DNA from: Geosiphon pyriformis uo1
Lineage: Eukaryota > Fungi > Glomeromycota
Reading direction: 5' to 3'
NCBI GenBank assembly: GCA_016748015.1
Contig: JAAOMT010000303.1
Span: 930,001 to 994,000, forward strand
Length of the DNA: 64,000 nucleotides
Each line of letters begins with the position of its first letter. The first letter of the stretch is position 1. Positions 13,874-23,052 of this stretch are shown piece by piece. Under the pieces are notes generated by a model that saw only the letters and a program-made list of their open reading frames with translations, ran no database searches and was not told the DNA's origin. The translations under genes and the position numbers were made by a program.

Positions 13874-14765
13874 CACTGCTATTTCAAAATAAGTTATTGA
13901 ATAAATTTAAATTTTTCATTTACAAATTTATTCTATTATTTAAGATTTTATAATGCATTTAATTTAATAAATTTTAAAAAAATCATTTCCTTCTTTTTAT
14001 AAAAAATCTTTAATCACCATCTTTTTCATCATCATCATGATTATTATTATTATCCCTATTATTAAAACTATCCGGATCTTTTTATCATGACTCTATTGTC
14101 CCAACTTCATTATTATTGTCAACCGCCAATCACTTCATTGTCTTTTCGATACGTATACCTATTACCCTATTGCCGTTATGTATTTTTTGTTTTGTTGTGT
14201 GTGCTGTGTGTTGTGTGTGTGTTACGCCCAAAAACAACAACGACGACACATTGACTAAATAACTACCCTTTTTCTGAAACTTTTTCGAACCCTTCTTTCA
14301 TTTCATTTCTGGAAAATTATATAAATCCCTTTGTTTCTGAACTACCTTGGAAAATTTGTTGAATGAAAAATTAATAGACCGTTAAACACAAGAGTAACAA
14401 ATACAAGAATAGAACAAAGAAGACTATCACTCACAATATAATAAAAACTTATAAAGTATTACTATTACTATTACTATTAGTACTTTCCTGTTTTCCAAAA
14501 AAGACTTCACAAGCATAGAAGACCTTCGCACATTAATCTTTTCCAACATTTCATTCACCACTTTTGGTTTCTAAACTTTTTTACTTTGTTAAATATCTTC
14601 GCTGATCCCGTTTGTTGTTTATTATTTGTATTTTTTTTTTCTTTTTCTTCTAAAATTTTAATCAATTGTCATAATTACACACTTCCGCCCCTACCCTACC
14701 TTATCCTAACCCTAACCCTAACCCTACCCATTTCATAGATAGATAAAAAGTTTTCAAAGTTTGTA
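10400..14765 (+). promoter_or_regulatory. Long TE-free upstream regulatory region/5' UTR of the HMG-box gene
   Basis: Retains CpG, has no credible ORF or TE homology, and holds many microsatellites: (AAT)n, (TATG)n, (CCTATT)n, (TTTC)n. CCAAT at 14126-14130, TATATAAA at 14318-14325, many CATTGT/ATTGTC motifs. Confidence 0.55.
14705..14729. repeat. Interstitial telomere-like repeat (CCCTAA)n / G-quadruplex-capable motif
   Basis: CCTAACCCTAACCCTAACCCTACCC; four CCC tracts at 14710, 14716, 14722 and 14727. Confidence 0.85.
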
Positions 14766-15344
14766 ATGGCAACAGTATCATCCTCATCACCTTTACCTTC
14801 TCATAATTCTAAAAGAACTTCGACAAATTCGAGTTCAAGAATGGAACTTGTTGAAAATTATCACAACTCGGAAGTTTCAACGCCTGAAAAAAATAAATCA
14901 TCTTCATCTAGTCCCACTTCAATTTTACGAAATCAAGAACGTTTATCAGTAGCTAGCATCTCGAATTTGATTAACCATCATGATGAATGGAAAAATCAAT
15001 CAATTTCAACACAATCTTCATCTTTATCTGAAAAAGTTATCGAGAAATTAAACAATAATGAACATAAAAAAAGAAAACAATCAGATATTCCTTCCCCTGA
15101 AGATTTTGCTGAACCAGTTCCTGATAGTTCAACAGCTGAAGCACTTCTCTCCTTATTCAAACGTCGACGTGTTTCGATATCAGAAAAAAATGGTGATGGT
15201 GATGACGATGACAATGTTAATGAAAAAAATCAAATTATTAATACTATTGCTAATGCTAATGTTAATCATAGTAACAAAAACATTAAGAATAATAAGAATA
15301 ATAACAATAATAGTATTAACAACAAAAACAAAAACAACAACAAC

Positions 15345-15375
<31 letters not shown>

Positions 15376-15400
15376 GTAATAACAAGATTCATTCTCGACT

Positions 15401-15445
<45 letters not shown>

Positions 15446-17215
15446 GGATGATAATGATGATGATCAAATGGAAACAGATGAACTTATTCACTCAACACAA
15501 CCATCTCCCGTTCCATCGACCGGATTCGATGACCCAAATCCTGTGGATGACCCACCTTTAGAAGTTATGTCGAAACCTACTCCTACTCCTACTACTGTTA
15601 CTGTTACTGCTACTACTAGTACTACAAAGATTTCAACGGCTCATTCAATCTTTGGTGGTAACGGTCATGGTGTTATCCTTCCTCCAAGCACATTTAGCGG
15701 TAAACAGTCACGGAATAAAAAGGCTTACGTTCCACGTCCCCCAAACTCCTTCATTCTTTATCGTCAACATCATCATCCATTGATCCTTAATCAACGTCCC
15801 GGAATCAATAATTCCGAAATCTCTCGAATAATCGCCGAACATTGGCGTAAATTAGGTGATCAGGAGAAATTAGAGTGGAAACGAAAGGCTGAGGAAGCTA
15901 AAGAACATCATATGAAAGTTTATCCCGATTACAAATATCAACCAAGACGACGAGCTGGTGCTCAGACCTCCAATTTTCGAAAAGCCGTTATTCCCTCCGC
16001 ACATGGTACATCACATGAAGATTCATCTGGGAAATATTTGGACAATTTTGTGATTGAGATGAAAGGCCCTCAACACCACCAACCACAACCATCGATAAAA
16101 CCACATAATCATCATAATCACAATCACCAGCATCAACATCATCATCATTCCATTCAACTCGACGAAGATCATGCCGTTCCAAGGACAGAAATGGAAGATT
16201 TAAGGATCTCGTCAACGAAATCTCAAAGATTTATTCGACAGGTGAACGATGTGGTCATCTTTGAAGGTGGTTCAACGGAATTGAAGAATATAGGTAAAAT
16301 TTCTAAATCTATTTAGAATTCTTGCTTCAAAATTGTCACCGATCAAATCTTTTTACCAATTCTTGAATTCTTTATCAAAATTAGCTCGTAATAAACCCAC
16401 CCCAACCGAGGCTCTCAAGGCTAGATTATTACCACGTACTACATCAGGACCAGCCGCATCATCATCTCATTCTCTACCTGCCCCGCCGTCCGCTTCCGCA
16501 TCCTCCTCGCAAAATTATTTTGTACATCCAACTCCCCCACCTCCATCCACTCCAACAACACCGAACCGGTTACCTTCACTAAATACCCTCATGCAATCAC
16601 CCCAACAACCTACACCAGTCTCTTCAACAATATCAGCTCCTCCATCTCCGGTTCATGGTTCGACAGCTCGTGGTGCAATGATTGTTCTGGAAGGATGTGA
16701 GGATGGTTCTTCTTCCTTACAAGCAAACAAATTGCTAGAATTCTTCAAGCAAGAAGGAATCACTGCAAAACTATGGAAATTTCCTGATCATTCCACACCT
16801 TCCGGTAACGCATTAAAAGCCTATCAACAATCAGATTGTCAACCACATCCGAAAACTCTTCATTTATTGATTGCATCTCATTGGTGGGAATTAATGTAAG
16901 TAATCTCGAATTGATTGTTTTTTTCTGAATCAAAATGTTTACCAATAAAATAACACATTTTTGAATTTTCCTTCCAGGCCAATCATGAAGGATCATCTTT
17001 TAAATGGAACCACGTTGATCGTTGATCGTTATGTTTATTCCGCGATTGCTGCTTCAGCAGCGGCAGGACTTGATCTGAATTGGTGTAAAGCCAGTTACGT
17101 GCATTTATTAAGTCCAGATCTTATATTCTTCTTGAATATTTCCGGACTTGAAAGGGATCAATCATCTCAGCACCAGCACCAACAACAACAGCACCACCAA
17201 CAACAGCAGCAACAA

Positions 17216-17246
<31 letters not shown>

Positions 17247-17760
17247 AACAGCAACAACAACAACAACAGCAACAGCAACAAATGCAGAGAATTTCACCTA
17301 CCACGGAGCCTACTTTTGATGATAATCGATCTTCGATTGAATGGCAACGAAGAATGCAGGACGCATTTGGAAGGCTGGCAGAAGTTCATTGGAAGGTAAG
17401 AACAATCTTGAGTCTTTTTGCTTTTGATGTTTCAAAATTTAAAATTTACACTTTTATTCTCTATACGAAAAGATTTTGGATGCGTGTGAATCAAATACCC
17501 TGGTTCACTTACAGATTGCCAAGGAATCAATAAAAGTGATTGAGCGTTGCCAAAATTGCAATACCAGTTACGGAACCAGTGGCAATAATAATATTCTACC
17601 AATCCATTATCCGAATATTGGTGGTGGTGGTGGTGACGAGAGCATGATTTCAAACAAACTAACAGGTCGTGTATCACAACATCAATCATCACAACAAAGG
17701 TTATCACTTCCGTTCGCACATCATGAAGAATACCCAAGACCTGTTCATGTACAGCTCTAG
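14766..17760 (+). CDS. MATA/SOX-type HMG-box transcription factor fused to a C-terminal degenerate thymidylate kinase (dTMP kinase) domain, ~914 aa; exons 14766-16293, 16385-16895, 16978-17395, 17473-17760
   Basis: HMG box VPRPPNSFILYR...ISRIIAEHWRKL...YPDYKYQPRRR (~15729-15953). TMPK-like RGAMIVLEG...KFPDHST...GTTLIVDRYVYS...LNWCK...PDLIFFL...WK|ILDA (16669-~17550). Three GT-AG introns (91, 82, 77 nt; phases 1, 2, 0) join the four ORF-track pieces into one 2745-nt open frame. Confidence 0.88.
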
Positions 17761-18198
17761 ATTGGAAAAGATAATCAACTTTTATCTTATACAACCGATT
17801 CTTCTCCTTCCTAAACTTCCTCAGATCAGCAATGTATTATTATTATTATTCGTACTATTTGCAATGACTTTTTTGTAGTCTGCATTTCAGTTGATTAGCA
17901 TAATGAAAAAAAAATGATGGGTAGTTTTGAGAGTACAAGTCTTTGAAATCAAATTTAATTTTACATTCAATATATATTTTTTTGACTCTGAACCATTAGT
18001 TCCACCTAAGGCTTGTATTTCTAGACTCAATCCTCTCTATATTTCTTTTTGAATACTTTTCAGTTCCATTCAAATTTTTTTTATAGTCCATTTCTTTTTC
18101 TTTAACTTTATCTGTATATTTTTTCTTTGCACTTTTCATTACCAAATCTCGATACACACAAATCCATTCATCATTCTCACACATATACATAAACACGT

Positions 18199-18247
<49 letters not shown>

Positions 18248-18464
18248 TACACTTAAAAAAACTTCAATCAGTACATATATACACACACAAATGTATACAG
18301 ATAAAAATGATAAAAATATTACCACACTTCATTTTTAAATTGGGACACGAAAAAATTCTGTGGTCTTATCTTCCTCTATTTAACATATATCACATCTTAT
18401 TTGAACGTTCATTAGAGCAAAAAAAAAATTAAATAATTCAGAACATATTTTTGGAAACCATATA

Positions 18465-19713
18465 CAGTTAGACCTTCATAAAAGAACCACCTTTTACAAA
18501 AAACATTTTTTTATAGAACCAATTGATTAATTAACAATTTTCTCTTTATATAAGAACAATCTATAAAAAAACAAGAACATAATTTTATCAAACGTTTATT
18601 CGAAATTTATTTTCCTATAAGAACAAATATCACGTGTTAGATGTTAATTAATAATTGAGAAAACACTTAATCTTTATTATATTTCAATTTAGATTTGTTA
18701 AAACCAATTTAATATTATTATTATAAACACATTTTTTAACAAACTTGCTAAATTATTACAATATTAGAATTTTTATTCAAAAAACAAAAATAAACAGCAG
18801 TTAATAATACTTTTTATAAAGAAATTTGTTAATATTCCAAAAATTACTATGACATAAAACATAATAATATTGTAATTTATTTTAATTATAAATATTCAGA
18901 ACTTTATATTTTTTATTTAGCTGTTTTTAAGATAATCAAAAAGCATATAAAGTTATTGAATATTAAAATTAATAAAATCTTAAAAAGATTTATTTAACAT
19001 AAAAACATTAAATTTCTATTATTAAACTAAGTTTTAAGTTATTAAATAGAACAAGTAATTACAACCACTATTAAATTCAATAATTAATTAATTAAAGAAA
19101 AAAAAAATTTTGCTAAATTTTTTGGTATACATAAAAATAAAATACAATTCTTAAATAAATAAGTTCAAAAATTAAAAAAATAAAACCAGTTATATGTTTA
19201 CTAATTTTATAATAAAACAGAAAGTATATTAATTGGATTTTTTATAAGATAAATTTCGAATTATAATTTTTTATGTTACAAATTTAATTGGATTTTACAA
19301 ATTGCAATATTTAATAATTAAACATCCAAAAAATTTAAGATGCTTTAAAAAAATTAATATTTTTAATTTATCTGTAATTTACAAATTTAATTTCGAAACA
19401 TAGATACATTTAAATATATAAAAAATATGGCTTAAATATATAAATAAAGACTTTTAAATTCAAAATTGGAATATATTATTTTTGGTTAATAATATAACTT
19501 TTTATCATATTTAAATTGAGAAAAATTTATTTTAATTGACCAATATTATTTTGCACTATTTTTCTTTAAATATTATATTATATTTTTAATCAATAGATAT
19601 TAACATTATTAAATTTTTTAAAAGCAAATATAAGCACTTTTATTGTTAATATATTTTACATTAATTTGAACAAAAAATTAATATTAAACAATTAAATAAT
19701 ATAATATATACAA

Positions 19714-19759
<46 letters not shown>

Positions 19760-20300
19760 TATATAATTTGATCTAATATTAATTTATTTTTAGAAATAAA
19801 TTAAATATAAAACAAGCAATTAATTATGTTATTCAATCATGATTTTAAATAACATTTATTACAATTTAAAACTATTGACAAAAAACAAATATTCTTTTTT
19901 ATAATCAAGAATTAGAAATTTAAGAATCCAAAACATTAATTGCTATAAATATATTTAACAATTTACCATTAAATACACAACAATTGATCAAAAATTTCGA
20001 AAATTATACTGTAGTAATTGATGAATTATTGGCAACCAAAAATATTTTTAATGATAATAAAATTATAGATATGATTTTAACTAATGCTTAAATTAAAACC
20101 AATATAATTAATAACTTAAAAAAAAAATTAAAAGAATTTTCATTTGTTATAATTATAATTACAAAAACATATAAAGCATTAAAAAAGATAATTAAATTTA
20201 AAAAGCAATTAGCAGAAAAAAATTTTAATATAAAAAACAAAAATTTATTTAAAAAAAAATTATATGATATAAAAAAATAAAGAAAAATTCTAAAAAACAG
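18465..20300 (+). mobile_element. Decayed pogo/Tigger (Tc5)-like DNA transposon remnant; right end approximate
   Basis: TA|CAGTTAGACCTTCATAAAAGAAC resembles a pogo-type TIR, followed by repeated AGAAC subterminal motifs. ~19075-19190 reads LIKEK..FAKFFGIHKNKIQFLNK*VQKLKK, an AT-shifted CENP-B/Tc5 HTH pattern (F.SNGW..KFK.R). No right TIR or DDE domain recognised. Confidence 0.45.
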
Positions 20301-20449
20301 ATAATAATTAATTAATATTTTAATAATAATAATAATTATTATTATTATTATTTAATTTAATAAATAAATATAGTTATTTAATAATAATTATAAAACTCTA
20401 TAATAAAACATCTCTATTTTAATTAATCTAATAATACTAAAATTAATAA

Positions 20450-21300
20450 ACATAATTACATAGTCTTTAAAGATGTTTTTACCAAAATTTTTTACTTAAT
20501 TTGTCTAATTGTTTACTGAATGTCTAAGATTAATGTTTACTACAATACTTTTAATATTTGCCAAATTTGCTGTAGTTATTATTATCTTCTTAAAAATAAA
20601 AAATGCTTGAATTATTTTACTAAATTTTAAGAAAGTAGAAATTTCTTCAAGACTATTTACTCCAAAAAAAAATTTCTAATAATTTTTAATTTTTTTGAGC
20701 CAATTTTTTAAATACAGCAAAAAAATTAATATTTAAAGTATAAAATTTACAAATTAAAATATTTACTAAAAACTTTAAAGAAAAAAAAGAAAAAAAAAAT
20801 AGAACTGTTTAAGATATTTTTTATATTATTACTATTAACATTAAAATTAATTTGTCCAAAAAATTTTCCAAGTATATACTTAGTAACAATTTTTTTTGGT
20901 CTTTTAGAAGTTATGTTTATATTATTGTGTTCTAATTTATTACTACTATTAAGCTAAAACCTAGTTTTTTCAATAAGAAATTGTTTTTTTATATTTATGT
21001 TTTCTATATTAATAATATTACTAGTATCTAAACCAAATATTTTGCTAATTTTGAGCAATTCTTAAAAAACACTAATACTGATTCCAATAACAGATTCTTT
21101 TAAAACACTATCTTTATGCTTTTTTTTGACAGATAAATTTAAAACTATAAACCAATACCAGATTTTTTCTTGGATTTTTTTATATTCAAACTACTGTCAA
21201 TATTAGCAGTCTTATATTTAAACAAAATAAGATATCTAATTAAATAGTAAAAATAAAACAAAAACAGAAAATTTTTTTTTTAAAATAAAGCATTTTTTCG
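20450..21300 (-). mobile_element. LINE ORF1 5' fragment, decayed
   Basis: Minus strand reads approximately KFYTLNINFFAV...IIRNFFFGVNSL...STFLKFSKIIQAFF, homologous to the ORF1 segment at ~57830-57990. Confidence 0.55.
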
Positions 21301-23052
21301 AAAATTTAAGACAAAAAAAAAGCTTTTTTATTTTCAACAATATAATTAATAGTTAATTTTGGTTTATTATAAAAAATATATTATTATTATTGTTATTTAT
21401 ATTAAAAAAAAGCTAATTACTATAATAAAAATTTTATTTAAAATTATAAAAAAATTTAATATAATAATAATAAATAAAAACTATTGTTGTTTTTTAAAGT
21501 TTTTGGCTTTTTTAATTATTTGTAAAATAATAATAGTAATAGTAAAAGCAAAAGTAAAAAAAACTTATTTATTAATTAATTTATTATTAAAAACTTTAAA
21601 ACTTTTAAAAAAAATAAAATATTAAATATCTTTTAAAAAAAATTTTGATTAAAAATAATCATTAACTAAAAAGAAAAAAATATTTTAAAAATTATTAAAA
21701 ATAGGTTTAGATTATTATAATAAAAAATATTTTTTTTGTTAAATTTTTATTAATTATTATAAGAAAAATAATATTTAAACTTTTTTTACTTTTTGTTTTA
21801 ATTATAATTATAAAAATAAAAAAAAAAATTTATTAATTATATATATTTATTATTAAATTATATTTTTTTATAATTAATAAAAATAAAACCAAATTTATTA
21901 AAAAGCCAATAAGTATAATAACAAATTATATTAATTAAATTATTTTTATAAAGATATTAATTTTAAGTTAATAATAATATTAAAAAATATTACAAAATAA
22001 AAAAATAAAAAATAAAAATTTTAACATATAATATTAAATTAATAAACTAATTATTAAGAACTTTAAACACAATTAAAAACTTATTAAAAATTTTTAATAA
22101 TTAAAAAGTATTGGCTTTATAGACAAATAATTTAAAATATTAATATTTAAAAGTTTTTTACTAAATATTAATATTGGTTTTAATAATAACAATATTAAAA
22201 ATATTTTTTGGCTTAAAAATAACATAATATATTTTTAATAATAATAATTAAAAAACAAGAAACAAAAAAAGTTTAATTGTATATTTAAACAATTATATTG
22301 TTAATTTGGTTATAAAAGTATTATAAAAAACAATTAATAAAAATAACTTTAAAAATTTTAAAATAAATAATAATATATTATTACAAACAACAAATCTTAA
22401 TTTAACATTAATAATTTTTACCAAAAACTTAAAAAGTATTTTTAATAATATTAATTAAAATATTATAAAAAACCACAATAGCAAAAACAAAAACAAATTT
22501 AAAAATTACAATAAACTTTGTAATTTTAAAAATAGTAAAAATAAAAATTTAGCAAGTTTAATATTAATAACAATATTTAAAAAAAGATAAAATACAAATT
22601 TTATACAAAAGTTTAATATTATTCTTAATAATCAATTTTATATTAATAAAATTATATAAAAACTAGAATACAGCTTTATTATAACCTATTATAATATATT
22701 TAAACATTATTTATTATTATTATTAAAAATTAGGTTTTAATTTTTGTAATTATTATTTTTATTATTAATTTTTGTAAACCAATTTAAAATAATTAGTATT
22801 TGATTTTTTTAAAACTATTAACAAAATTTATTGTGAATATTTAAATTGTTTTTTGTAATATGTTTACAATAATAATAAATTTAATTTTTATAAGTTTTTT
22901 TAATGTAAATAAGTATTTATTAACAATAAATTTTGATCAGAATATGAAAAAAATAGGTTGTTAATGAATATAGATATAAGTTTTATAGGTTATATTCAAA
23001 ATAATATTAAGAAGGTGTCTTTATTAAATTACTCAAGTTTTTTCAATAGAAT

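Noticed and set aside
14705-14729. True telomere
   Set aside because: Only about four units, internal, directly upstream of a gene.
14766-17760. Mating-type (sex/MAT) locus call
   Set aside because: No triose-phosphate transporter/RNA helicase or homeodomain neighbours in the window; MATA-type HMG genes are numerous in these fungi.
16333-17760. Separate functional thymidylate kinase gene (CDC8/tmk) or pseudogene
   Set aside because: No room for its own promoter, it splices in frame to the HMG exon, and the P-loop Lys is absent. It has no stops or frameshifts and retains CpG, so it is not decayed either.
14996-18325. Overlapping and antisense ORFs in and after the HMG gene
   Set aside because: Shadow frames of trinucleotide and (CA)n repeats.
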